From a virus: a stretch of 64,000 nucleotides of DNA. Below are positions 16,544-25,381 of this stretch, piece after piece; the stretch's first letter is position 1, and every line of letters begins with the position of its first letter. The notes beneath the pieces are model-generated. The model saw nothing but the letters and a program-made list of their open reading frames with translations, had not been told where the DNA came from and made no database searches. A program made the translations under genes and the position numbers. The stretch lies in the IMG/VR virus record IMGVR_UViG_3300042380_000637, positions 3,921 to 67,920 of that record; one strand, written 5' to 3'.

Positions 16544-17435
16544 GGCCTTCTTGTTTTGGTGTGTGTCCGTATTCATTGCAATTTTTTAGATATTGTGTGT
16601 AACTTCCAAATTCAGATTGTGTGCGGTAACGCATCTTGCCCCATTTATAGTCTGTGCTGTTTACATGCTCTCCGTGTTGCGTTGTAGTAGTGTTGGCATG
16701 TTGCAGATACTTTTCAAAATTGCTTTCTCTAAACAGCGTAACAGGCGTATAGTATTGTTTCATGTCTGTCTTCAGCCACTTCACCGCCATCGCATCCACT
16801 ACACGCAATGCTTCTTCCAGTGAATAAGTTTTCAGTCGTGCAGATATTAACTTGCTTGTCTCCCTCGTTTCGGCTCTAAAACTTGTACCCGCATGCTCGT
16901 TGATGCGGCCAATAATTGCTTGAATTTTTTCTTGCAATTCAATTTTAATTTCCTTTATATCTATATGTTTATCTATATGTTTATCTATATGTATATCTTG
17001 AGTATAAATTTTAGACGGTGGTAGTCTAAATTTTAGACTGTCACCGTCTAAATTTTGTACGGTGGTAGTATAATTTTTAGACTGTCCGTCTAAGAGTTGT
17101 TCCACCTTTTTTGTAATAAAAATAAGGTCTCCCTTTTGAATGTACAATCCTATTTCTTCTTGGCACATATCAAGGTCGTAAATAAATTTAGTACACCGGA
17201 CACCCTTGTCTGTCCGCTCAATGTAGCCGCGTGTCTCTAATGCTTTAATGGCATTAAAAACCGTTGCCCTTGATAGGTCTAACCATTCGGCTATCTTGTC
17301 TTTACTCTTAATGCAGGTGTAGCCATACTCCGGATTCTGACTCATTTGCTTTATGTCGCAAAGCACCGCCATTTCGTTCAAGGAAAGACACAATGCTTTC
17401 CGAACTATGTGATTGTTTAAATTAACAATTTGCAT
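16536..17435 (-). CDS. replisome organiser / replication initiator (wHTH plus conserved phage C-terminal domain)
   Basis: HTH KIAEWLDLSRATVFNAIKALETRGYI; C-terminal YYTPVTLFRESNFEKYL; contains internal iterons. Confidence 0.8.
   Translation of the reverse strand: MQIVNLNNHIVRKALCLSLNEMAVLCDIKQMSQNPEYGYTCIKSKDKIAEWLDLSRATVFNAIKALETRGYIERTDKGVRCTKFIYDLDMCQEEIGLYIQKGDLIFITKKVEQLLDGQSKNYTTTVQNLDGDSLKFRLPPSKIYTQDIHIDKHIDKHIDIKEIKIELQEKIQAIIGRINEHAGTSFRAETRETSKLISARLKTYSLEEALRVVDAMAVKWLKTDMKQYYTPVTLFRESNFEKYLQHANTTTTQHGEHVNSTDYKWGKMRYRTQSEFGSYTQYLKNCNEYGHTPKQEGHD
16957..17094. repeat. putative replication origin: four 22-bp-period iterons plus AT-rich 12-bp repeats
   Basis: units start at 17002, 17024, 17046 and 17068, with palindromic consensus GTCTAAATTTTAGAC; adjacent TATCTATATGT repeats (12-bp period) x3. 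Confidence 0.75.
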
Positions 17436-17556
17436 GAAAATAAAAACCCCTTTGTTCGCCTTTCGAGGTAGGAGTCTCTACTCAGCGGACAAAGGGGGGT
17501 AATATCTTAACAACTCGCTGCTCCTACCCAGCGGCCTTTCGGCAGACACAAAGGTA
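17436..17556 (-). promoter_or_regulatory. promoter plus structured 5' leader (attenuator-like) of the replication operon
   Basis: TACCTTTG box (17549-17556); GCC-GAAA-GGC hairpin; hairpin with loop GGTAGGAG; long stem CCCCTTTGT...ACAAAGGGG with U-tract and complementary CTCCTACC inside. Confidence 0.6.
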
Positions 17557-17594
17557 AGGACAAGCGCTCACACATATGCAAGAATGAAACGAAA

Positions 17595-18137
17595 TTATTT
17601 TTCCCAATAAACCTTATCGCCTCTACGATAGTGTTTTATATTTGGTACAGCCTCTGCGCTTACAAAGTGTTTCTCTTTATAAACTACATAGTTGTTGGGC
17701 ATGAGGGCAAATTGGCCTGTGTTTAAAGCTATTAACGAAAGCGGTTTGTGTTCTTCCGGATAGCGGCTATACCCATCCTTCCAATCTATAATAATTCCCG
17801 TGTGTCTGCCTTCTTCAGAAACTGGCTTTATAAGATTTGCCTCCAGTCCTTCCAGAAAAGGCATATATACGGCTTCTATATCTTCGCCCATCCCTCCCCA
17901 AGGCATCAGGATTTCCGGGCTATATGAAAAATCACTGGTAGATGACATGGCGTGTAGCGGCAATCCACTCCAATGCGCACCAGATTCAAGCATCACATGA
18001 CAGGACAGTATTTGGTACTCCCTGCAATATACACCATGCCATACGGCTCGTGTTACCCCATCTGGCATCGAAGGGCCAAGAAAAGAGTTTTTAACATTTA
18101 CATATAAATGAAACGGGAGGCTGCCGTGCTTTGACAT
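17595..18137 (-). CDS. hypothetical phage protein
   Basis: 180-aa ORF with HVMLESGAHWSGLPLHA and GQFALMPNN; TAAATTTG box upstream. Confidence 0.7.
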   Translation of the reverse strand: MSKHGSLPFHLYVNVKNSFLGPSMPDGVTRAVWHGVYCREYQILSCHVMLESGAHWSGLPLHAMSSTSDFSYSPEILMPWGGMGEDIEAVYMPFLEGLEANLIKPVSEEGRHTGIIIDWKDGYSRYPEEHKPLSLIALNTGQFALMPNNYVVYKEKHFVSAEAVPNIKHYRRGDKVYWEK

Positions 18138-18223
18138 ACCACAAATTTACACAATAAAAACCTAAATCATTTCCCAAGGTTTTTATATGTTTATCAAAAT
18201 ATTTAAGAAATTTATCGAATATG

Positions 18224-18255
18224 TTTGGTAAACAAAATAGCCCTCCCTACATTTG
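18224..18255 (+). promoter_or_regulatory. Bacteroidota sigma-A promoter
   Basis: TTTG (18224), 20 nt spacer, TACATTTG (18248-18255). Confidence 0.7.
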
Positions 18256-18283
18256 TTCCATGTTTAATTTATTCACATAATTT

Positions 18284-19039
18284 ATGTCACGCAAAGACGA
18301 ATTCAAATCAGTAAGCCTAAATCCAGCTACCAAATTTCTGGAATGGGACAGCAACAGCGGCCAGTTTAAGTTTTACGACAAAGAGGCCAAGCAAAACAAG
18401 TTTATCAAGTCGCCATTTAAGTTTGTTGTTCTAAAAGAACTGCATACAATTAAAGGATGGCACGGCGCAAGCGAATCAGGAATCTACTCCAACGAGGTAA
18501 ATAATCTTACGGAGGTGATTAATGTAAAATCGTTCAAAGGCGGTTCTATCGCAACGGGTTTATATAGAGATATAAAAGACAAACTGCAGGGTGGCTCGTA
18601 TCACAAGTCGTTATATGTGATGCTTGGCGATGGCACGATTGCAAACATCTCAATGAAAGGCGCTGTTGTAGCCCGTTGGGGAGACTTCACAAACAAGTGC
18701 AAGAACAGATTGCCGGACGAGTGGGTGGCTGTCACCGGACACAATGACGAGAAGAACGGAGCAGTGAAATATACAACGCCTAAGTTTGAATGGAAGAGCA
18801 GCCTTACAGCAGCAGATGGAGAAATGGCTGACAAAGCATATGATACCATCAAGGACTACCTTGCCGGATACTTTGCTAAAGAGGTGGAAGAAGAAGTGGT
18901 GACAGCGGTGACGCAGACGCAGCAAGATACCACAGCACATATATCTCCATCCACTCCCACTAATGTTGCCATGCGGAACGAAGAAGCGTATCACTACGCA
19001 AACAAGCAAGAGGATGCTTACGATGACTTACCATTTTAA
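18284..19039 (+). CDS. putative single-stranded DNA-binding protein
   Basis: aromatic/beta-rich core and acidic tail ending DDLPF; adjacent to Gp157. Confidence 0.6.
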   Translation: MSRKDEFKSVSLNPATKFLEWDSNSGQFKFYDKEAKQNKFIKSPFKFVVLKELHTIKGWHGASESGIYSNEVNNLTEVINVKSFKGGSIATGLYRDIKDKLQGGSYHKSLYVMLGDGTIANISMKGAVVARWGDFTNKCKNRLPDEWVAVTGHNDEKNGAVKYTTPKFEWKSSLTAADGEMADKAYDTIKDYLAGYFAKEVEEEVVTAVTQTQQDTTAHISPSTPTNVAMRNEEAYHYANKQEDAYDDLPF

Positions 19040-19050
19040 TTTATACAAAT

Positions 19051-19551
19051 ATGAACCTATATCAAATTACAGCAGACCAATCTTCCATCATTGCATTGTT
19101 GGAAGAAAACGGAGGGGAGGCCACAGACGATGTATTAAACGCTTTAGAAATAACTCGTGAGGCTTTCTCAAAGAAAGCAGAAGCGTACGCCCATGTAATC
19201 ATCAAGCTTGATGGCGAGGTGGATATTATTGCGGCAGAAATCAAACGCTTGCAATCTTTGAAAAAAACCAAAGAAAACAGCGTAACCCGCCTAAAAGAAT
19301 CTCTCACGCAAGCAATGCTTGTATTTGGGGAGCAAGACGACAAGGGAATCCGTAGGTATAAAACCCCAACCCTATCGCTTTCCACGCGCAAAAGCGAAGC
19401 CGTATCTATAGACGATGAAAAGGCTATTGACAGCCGCTTTATTGTGACCAAACACGAAATCAGTAAGTCGCTTATCAGCGAAGCCATCAAAAACGGAATC
19501 GAAGTGGATGGCGCTTCGTTGGTCGTGAAATATAGCGTGCAAATTAAATGA
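19051..19551 (+). CDS. Siphovirus Gp157 family protein
   Basis: MNLYQIT...KAEAY...EIKRLQ...LSTRKS...EAIKNGIEVDGA. Confidence 0.85.
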   Translation: MNLYQITADQSSIIALLEENGGEATDDVLNALEITREAFSKKAEAYAHVIIKLDGEVDIIAAEIKRLQSLKKTKENSVTRLKESLTQAMLVFGEQDDKGIRRYKTPTLSLSTRKSEAVSIDDEKAIDSRFIVTKHEISKSLISEAIKNGIEVDGASLVVKYSVQIK

Positions 19552-19613
19552 CATATCTTTGCGGTTAGTGTGTGTATATTAACTTTGTTTACTTGAAATG
19601 TTGCATAGCAAAC

Positions 19614-19640
19614 AACCGGGGCAATGCTCCGGTTTTTTGT
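19614..19640 (+). terminator. intrinsic terminator
   Basis: AACCGGGGC-AAT-GCTCCGGTT followed by a T-tract. Confidence 0.65.
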
Positions 19641-19668
19641 TTTATAACTTTGTATATATATTTGAATT

Positions 19669-19863
19669 ATGAATTTGAAAGTGACATTCACCTACATCGT
19701 TACCGAAGACGATTGGGATGTATCACATCTTCTTCAGGATTGTAATGGGCATACTACCAGTGAAGCAAAAGATATATTAAAAAATGCCTTTCTGGAAGAC
19801 GCGTCATATGTTATAAAAAATGCCGAAATAATTTTAATCAAAGAGGATAGGCAATCTTTATAA
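19669..19863 (+). CDS. hypothetical protein
   Basis: 64-aa ORF directly after a TATATTTG box. Confidence 0.5.
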   Translation: MNLKVTFTYIVTEDDWDVSHLLQDCNGHTTSEAKDILKNAFLEDASYVIKNAEIILIKEDRQSL

Positions 19864-19895
19864 AAAAACAATAATTGCATGACGGCACTACAGAC

Positions 19896-20900
19896 ATGGA
19901 TAAAGCCGAAATAGCAAAAGAGTATAGAGAAAAATACGGCATGGAAATGCCTACGCAAGCCCTTGCACGGGTGATGCACAAAAAAAATCCTACAATTTTT
20001 TACTCTGTTGAAAACGCCCGAAGCACCCTTCGATATATAGAAGGTAAAAGCGGTGAACAAAATAGAGGCTACACATCAATAAAAAATTCTCCTCACTACA
20101 TGGCTACTGAACGGTATAAAAATCCATACGGCCTACCAAAGTCGTATCAGACACACCGCAAAACATATGTGCTACCAAAGGAATGTACAGAGATTCTTTT
20201 ATTGAGCGACATACACATCCCCTATCATTGCACAAAAAGCCTTACAATAGCGCTTGACTACGGACGGGACAAGGAAAATAAAATCAACTGTATCCTGCTT
20301 AATGGAGATGTTATTGACTTCCACAGAATCAGTAGGCACGAGACAGACATGCGAAAGCGAAGCACCGTTCAGGAGTTTGAGGCAGCTGATTTGTTTTTAT
20401 ACAAACTGCGTCTTGCATTCCCAGACATTCATATATACTGGCTCAAAGGCAACCATGATATGCGCTGGGAAAAGTATCTGCAACAATATGCCACGCAAAT
20501 ATGGGATGATAACTATTTTTCACTTGAATCCCGGCTGAAGCTTAAAGAGAAAAACATATCCATTATTCCAGACAATGTTCTTGTAATGGCTGGAAAGCTT
20601 CTCATTACACACGGGCATCACCTAATCAAAGGCGGGATGCATCCAGCAAAACGAGCATTGGCAAAGGCGGGGCAAAGCGTAATCATGTCCCATCTGCACC
20701 GGAGAGACTACTACAAAAAACGCAACGCAACAAAGACCGAGGAAGAAGAAGGATATGTCACAGGATGCCTGTGCGAACTCAGCCCCGACTACAATGTAAT
20801 CAGTGATAGCGAAAATGGATTTGCCCACATATCGATTGACAAGGGCGGAATTTTTTCTGTAAAAAATTACGAAATAAGCAAGGACAGATGCAGGCTATAG
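19896..20900 (+). CDS. calcineurin-like metallophosphoesterase
   Basis: SDIH, NGDVID, GNHD, THGH and SHLHR motifs. Confidence 0.9.
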   Translation: MDKAEIAKEYREKYGMEMPTQALARVMHKKNPTIFYSVENARSTLRYIEGKSGEQNRGYTSIKNSPHYMATERYKNPYGLPKSYQTHRKTYVLPKECTEILLLSDIHIPYHCTKSLTIALDYGRDKENKINCILLNGDVIDFHRISRHETDMRKRSTVQEFEAADLFLYKLRLAFPDIHIYWLKGNHDMRWEKYLQQYATQIWDDNYFSLESRLKLKEKNISIIPDNVLVMAGKLLITHGHHLIKGGMHPAKRALAKAGQSVIMSHLHRRDYYKKRNATKTEEEEGYVTGCLCELSPDYNVISDSENGFAHISIDKGGIFSVKNYEISKDRCRL

Positions 20901-20944
20901 TTTAATTTTGCGCCCATTGAACATTTAATATTGGTAGTGTAATA

Positions 20945-20978
20945 AAAGTCCGGTGATAATTTCATCGGATTTTTTTTT
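20945..20978 (+). terminator. intrinsic terminator
   Basis: GTCCGGTGA-TAATT-TCATCGGAT followed by a long T-tract. Confidence 0.6.
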
Positions 20979-21033
20979 GAATTTATCTTGTTTATGCATA
21001 CATAGTTCCAATAAATCAAAATACATTTGTCAC

Positions 21034-21561
21034 ATGATAGAACACAAGGAGTTGTATGTGACAGATGGGAAGAACAAAAACCTTCGCATCCGGCTAATGT
21101 ACGATGATATAATTTTGATTAAAACATCCAGCAAAAACACCGCTATGGTTTGTCTTGCATCTGGTAAAGAAATCACACTAAACAATCCGTTACCCCTGCT
21201 GTATGAGTTTTATTTTAAAAAACGCCCCAGCTTTATACACGGGAGCGAGCATCACATAATCAACACCTCATACATACTTTCCGCAGAAGGAAATGTATAC
21301 GACACAGAGCTAAAAATAAACCTTTGTAATAACCTTGTTGCAAGACTTCGCAAGTCACACCCATATGCATATTTCATTATCAATGGTGTTATGAAAAAAC
21401 ACAAAAGCGCCACAACAGATTGCGAGAAAAAAGATGCGATTATTATGTCGAGCCTTCACTATACAAAAGATATAGTAGCAGAAATATTGCGCGTTACAGG
21501 GGAGAAAGTAAGTCCAAGATATGTAATCAAACGATATAAAGAACTTAAAATCAATTCATAA
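21034..21561 (+). CDS. LytTR-like DNA-binding protein
   Basis: DDIILIKT...FIHGSEHHIINTSYI, resembling the LytTR FxRxHRSxIVN segment; TACATTTG box upstream. Confidence 0.55.
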   Translation: MIEHKELYVTDGKNKNLRIRLMYDDIILIKTSSKNTAMVCLASGKEITLNNPLPLLYEFYFKKRPSFIHGSEHHIINTSYILSAEGNVYDTELKINLCNNLVARLRKSHPYAYFIINGVMKKHKSATTDCEKKDAIIMSSLHYTKDIVAEILRVTGEKVSPRYVIKRYKELKINS

Positions 21562-21912
21562 ATGTTATTAAAAGCAAATTACAAACAACACAAGGGAGCT
21601 ATGTTTAATATTACGAAAGAGATGGTGGTGTATGTTTCTCAGGATGGGGACTATCACAATGTCTATCTTGAGGGCCGCCCGTTCTTTATATCGTTTCACG
21701 GTAGCAGTGCAGTGGTAATAGAGCGATTCCCCAATCTTATACGCGCACATCGCGGGTATTATATAAATCCAGACCAAGTGTTTAGCATTAACAGCGTTGC
21801 TGATAACATGGTTGAAATAGTGTTTAAGGACGGCAAACAATTGGAGTTCTCCAAAAGCAAAATGCTTCATCAATCACTAATTGATTCTCTTGAAAAAAAT
21901 GGGCAAAAATGA
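21562..21912 (+). CDS. LytTR domain protein
   Basis: VVYVSQDGDY...LIRAHRGYYINPDQV...FKDGKQLEFSK. Confidence 0.75.
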   Translation: MLLKANYKQHKGAMFNITKEMVVYVSQDGDYHNVYLEGRPFFISFHGSSAVVIERFPNLIRAHRGYYINPDQVFSINSVADNMVEIVFKDGKQLEFSKSKMLHQSLIDSLEKNGQK

Positions 21913-22228
21913 TTTCTTAAAACTATTCTGCTTTATTAAGGGTGCATTGATAACGGCAGAGGTTATAAACCACAGCAAGACAAAGCTTACGCACGAGGCA
22001 AAGTATCACTTCAATCAAGTGTATAACGCATGCAGATTGTTTGAAAAGTTTGTGCATAACCTTGTAGGCAAAGAACAGACAGAAATGGAAGACGAGGTGA
22101 ATAGCACCTTGATTGGTATCGTGTGGAGCATATACGAAATGAAAGACGAAGAGCGCGAGGCGTTCATCACACACATGGAAAAGTTTGATTACACCCCAAC
22201 AAACAATGAAAGCGACACTACAATTTAA
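21899..22228 (+). CDS. hypothetical protein
   Basis: coupled ORF in the operon. Confidence 0.6.
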   Translation: MGKNDFLKLFCFIKGALITAEVINHSKTKLTHEAKYHFNQVYNACRLFEKFVHNLVGKEQTEMEDEVNSTLIGIVWSIYEMKDEEREAFITHMEKFDYTPTNNESDTTI

Positions 22229-22436
22229 TTTGGACGACAGAGATGATTCCGTAGCGCATCAGAGATGTATAAAAGCTTTAGACATGGCTCTTGCCTTGTT
22301 TGACTTTTCAGCCAAGCTTAGACGCATAATCGATATAAGCGAAGACGGAAAATGGTTGGACGAAGATGTTGTTAGCAAGGCGTTTTACGAAACGCTGGAG
22401 GAGCATAACATAATTATAGATAGACTACTTTTATAA
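22206..22436 (+). CDS. hypothetical phage protein
   Basis: starts MKATLQFNLDD; weakly similar to 23805..24014. Confidence 0.65.
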   Translation: MKATLQFNLDDRDDSVAHQRCIKALDMALALFDFSAKLRRIIDISEDGKWLDEDVVSKAFYETLEEHNIIIDRLLL

Positions 22437-22437
22437 A

Positions 22438-22692
22438 ATGAAGAACATGTATAACAAAGAAACAGTGGTACAATGGATGCTGGATAAAATCATTGAGCAT
22501 AATGGCATCCTCCCGATGAATGACATTAGAACGGCAATGGGAATGCACAATGAGGAGATGTCCCGTGCCTACACAGAAGGATTTAAACGATGCAAGTATA
22601 TTAGGGAGTTAAGCACCGGAGTAATTCCTGATGCTTCCGAGCCAATTCCTGATGACTTTGACACTTATTATGAGAAATCCTATGGGGAATAA
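22438..22692 (+). CDS. TAVEWL-family small protein, paralog 1 (divergent)
   Basis: KETVVQWML...YYEKSYGE. Confidence 0.65.
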   Translation: MKNMYNKETVVQWMLDKIIEHNGILPMNDIRTAMGMHNEEMSRAYTEGFKRCKYIRELSTGVIPDASEPIPDDFDTYYEKSYGE

Positions 22693-22930
22693 AAAGCAGA
22701 CGGCAGTAGAGTGGCTTGTGGAGCAGATTGAGGCACATAAGATTGAAATAATTTATTCTGACAAGATTGATTCAATCAAATGTTTGCCTTCCATTGTTGC
22801 CCAAGCCAAAGCAATGGAGAAGGAGCAGATAAAAAATGCCTATGGTCAAGGTGTTGCAGATGAAGCAGGTGAGATACTTGATTCAACAAAAGATGCAGAA
22901 GAATATTACAACAAAAACTATGGAGAATAA
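22682..22930 (+). CDS. TAVEWL-family small protein, paralog 2
   Basis: KQTAVEWL...QAKAMEKEQI...YYNKNYGE. Confidence 0.75.
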   Translation: MGNKKQTAVEWLVEQIEAHKIEIIYSDKIDSIKCLPSIVAQAKAMEKEQIKNAYGQGVADEAGEILDSTKDAEEYYNKNYGE

Positions 22931-23153
22931 AATAACGGCAGTAGAGTGGCTAAAAGAAAACCTACCATCCTTGTTTACAGATGATTCAGGTTATTATCGG
23001 AAACTATTTGAACAAGCCAAAGCAATGGAGAAGGAGCAGATAATTGATTCATTTGATGAAGCAAGAACTTATGTGCTTAAAAATGTGTGGAAGCACGATG
23101 ACGGAATACGATATTATGAAAATAAATATGGAGAAGACCCAAACCGCAGTTAG
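22920..23153 (+). CDS. TAVEWL-family small protein, paralog 3
   Basis: KITAVEWL...FEQAKAMEKEQI...YYENKYGE. Confidence 0.75.
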   Translation: MENKITAVEWLKENLPSLFTDDSGYYRKLFEQAKAMEKEQIIDSFDEARTYVLKNVWKHDDGIRYYENKYGEDPNRS

Positions 23154-23349
23154 ATGGCTACAAGAGGCATTGAGCCTCCACCTATCCGATGAGCAGAAGG
23201 TTCAATTTGAGGGCTTGTTCCAGCAGGCTATGGAAATGGAGAAGGACCAAATTATTGATGCCCACGATGATGCCTACATTTCCATGAACCTTGCGTTCCG
23301 GGGCTTTGATAGGTCGGTGGAGTATTACGAGAAAACATATGGGAACTAA
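23128..23349 (+). CDS. TAVEWL-family small protein, paralog 4
   Basis: TQTAVRWL...FQQAMEMEKDQI...YYEKTYGN. Confidence 0.75.
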   Translation: MEKTQTAVRWLQEALSLHLSDEQKVQFEGLFQQAMEMEKDQIIDAHDDAYISMNLAFRGFDRSVEYYEKTYGN

Positions 23350-23384
23350 TGTACCAAATGGTATAATACCGAATGGTATCAATT

Positions 23385-23520
23385 GCTTATAACGTGATGC
23401 GTATTGCTGACGTTGCCAATTTAAAAAACAAATGTTAAATACTTAAATAAGGGTTGATATGAAAATCGAAGTTACAATTACAGATGATGCTGGCAATGTT
23501 CAGCAATACGTTGTTAGCGG
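23385..23520 (+). repeat. attC-like imperfect inverted repeat
   Basis: TTATAAC ... GTTAGCG end boxes; inner arms CGTATTGCTGA-CGTTGCCA and TGGCAATG-T-TCAGCAATACG with one unpaired base. Confidence 0.5.
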
Positions 23521-23671
23521 TTCGTTGCTTTCTGATGAAGAAATAGAAGAATATGCTAAAAACATTTATGGTGAAGAAGGTGAAATTTGGAAGCGAATTA
23601 CTAATAGTTTTATAGTTGGTGCTAAATGGGCAAGAGATGTGTTGAAAGCACGTCAAAGCAATGACCGCTAA
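23459..23671 (+). CDS. hypothetical protein associated with the attC-like element
   Basis: N-terminus lies inside the inverted repeat (QYVVSGS); stop falls within GCTAAC. Confidence 0.6.
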   Translation: MKIEVTITDDAGNVQQYVVSGSLLSDEEIEEYAKNIYGEEGEIWKRITNSFIVGAKWARDVLKARQSNDR

Positions 23672-23804
23672 CTACAATATTTCCGCAATATTGCGTGATA
23701 TATCAATTTCCCGACATCAAGAAGATGATAATGCACACAACTAAGGCAAAATCAAACAATTGCCGTAGATTTGTGTCGCAAAAGTTGGCTATAATTGAGA
23801 CAAG

Positions 23805-24014
23805 ATGGAATTGATTCTTAAATTTGGAGACGAGGACGGCGAAGAGCAATACATGAATGCTCTGAACGGATGGAAGTATAAAGCCATTCTGTATGAGCTT
23901 ACGCAGTTGCTAAGGTCTTACGAAAAGGGGTGGAATATTGAATCAGAGTTTAGCACGGAAACCGTAAGGGACTTCCTTTCGGAAAAAATGGATAAATACG
24001 CAGTGGGATTATAA
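23805..24014 (+). CDS. hypothetical phage protein
   Basis: MELILKF...ALNGWKYKAILYEL. Confidence 0.65.
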   Translation: MELILKFGDEDGEEQYMNALNGWKYKAILYELTQLLRSYEKGWNIESEFSTETVRDFLSEKMDKYAVGL

Positions 24015-24015
24015 T

Positions 24016-24378
24016 ATGGGAAATTTAAGACAGTCCATGACAACAGAGGAATGGGAAGAAATGGGGAAAAGGCTTTCAAGCATGGGTGGCGATGTCACCG
24101 ATTACGGCGGAGCTACGCCTTTAAATCACGAAATAAATAATGTTAATCATCCAGCTCACTATGGCGGCGAAGACAATCCATACGAGGTGATTAAAATTAT
24201 TAACGCTCAGGGATGGGGATGGTCGTTTTGCTTAGGTAACGCTTTAAAATACATTATGCGTGCCGGAAAGAAAACTCCGGACGCTACAGAGGATTTGCAA
24301 AAAGCTATATGGTATATACAGCACGCACTTAAACAAATACAAACCGATGAGCAAAAAAAGAATAACACACTCGGATAA
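24016..24378 (+). CDS. DUF3310 family protein
   Basis: VNHPAHY...FCLGNALKYIMRAGKK...EDLQKAIWY. Confidence 0.9.
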   Translation: MGNLRQSMTTEEWEEMGKRLSSMGGDVTDYGGATPLNHEINNVNHPAHYGGEDNPYEVIKIINAQGWGWSFCLGNALKYIMRAGKKTPDATEDLQKAIWYIQHALKQIQTDEQKKNNTLG

Positions 24379-24751
24379 AGACGGAAACTACTTTATTGTT
24401 GAAGAGTCTTCCAACAAAACTCTTACCATCTACCTGCATCTTGCAAGTGAAAAGAAAAATCGCGAGCTGGGTGTTGTAACAGAAGCGCAAAGCGTATTCC
24501 GCACAAACAGGAACCCAGACAAGCATTTGTTTCGGAAAAACAACTCCTACGGATTCAACGAATATGTTATACGTACAGCCAAAAAGTTTGACAAAATACA
24601 TTTGGTGGAAACAGCCGGAAATGAATACCTGTTTCCAAAGGACTTAGTGCTTGAAAAGGGAGACTACCTCCATTTTAAAACAGAAGGATTTGAAAGGCAA
24701 TTATTCCTTAAATTGTCTGATATTTATCCATACAAAATTTCATCTCTATAA
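24347..24751 (+). CDS. hypothetical phage protein
   Basis: 134-aa ORF with HLFRKNNSYGFN and GFERQLFL. Confidence 0.7.
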   Translation: MSKKRITHSDKDGNYFIVEESSNKTLTIYLHLASEKKNRELGVVTEAQSVFRTNRNPDKHLFRKNNSYGFNEYVIRTAKKFDKIHLVETAGNEYLFPKDLVLEKGDYLHFKTEGFERQLFLKLSDIYPYKISSL

Positions 24752-24752
24752 C

Positions 24753-25070
24753 ATGGAAATTTCTCAAAATAAAAATATCCCAATCGGCGCAAGAGTGAAG
24801 CCGCTTTTGATGATTATAGAAAATGCTATCTGGGAATACGAGGTGAGCAACCCTAATCCTCCCGGATTCGATGACGAAGCTTTTCGCGCAATTATAAAGC
24901 TTTTTGGCGCATCCGTTATAGAACGCGTCTGGGACTTGCAAGAATCAGAAGGTATGTCAGACGATGACCGCTTAGCAATGGGTCTGGCCGTAGCCAACGA
25001 AATACGCAAGCTTATTAAAGTGTTTACAAATATAGATACACATAAACTTACAGAAGAAATACTCCGATGA
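24753..25070 (+). CDS. hypothetical protein
   Basis: coupled ORF in the operon. Confidence 0.65.
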   Translation: MEISQNKNIPIGARVKPLLMIIENAIWEYEVSNPNPPGFDDEAFRAIIKLFGASVIERVWDLQESEGMSDDDRLAMGLAVANEIRKLIKVFTNIDTHKLTEEILR

Positions 25071-25381
25071 ATAGAATTCCGTATACAGAGGGCGGTAATA
25101 CACGCCCTTACGACCCACCATTTGCTGTTCGCTTTAAGGTGATGATTCCCAAGTTTAAAATCTCTTATGAAGAAGAGCTAAAAACATATATTATCAAGAT
25201 GGCTAAGTCCGACAAGATTATGCTATTCCCGCCAGAAGGGGCGGCCAAAGATTTTTATATTGTTGTAGATGGCGAACAGGAGGTTCTGGATATGATTGAC
25301 TTTATAGACCTACCGGAATACAATCTCACCTCATGGAATCCACCTGAAGATTCCGGAACAGATGTCGTATTGCCGTATTAA
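25067..25381 (+). CDS. hypothetical protein
   Basis: ATGA coupling; last plus-strand gene. Confidence 0.6.
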   Translation: MNRIPYTEGGNTRPYDPPFAVRFKVMIPKFKISYEEELKTYIIKMAKSDKIMLFPPEGAAKDFYIVVDGEQEVLDMIDFIDLPEYNLTSWNPPEDSGTDVVLPY

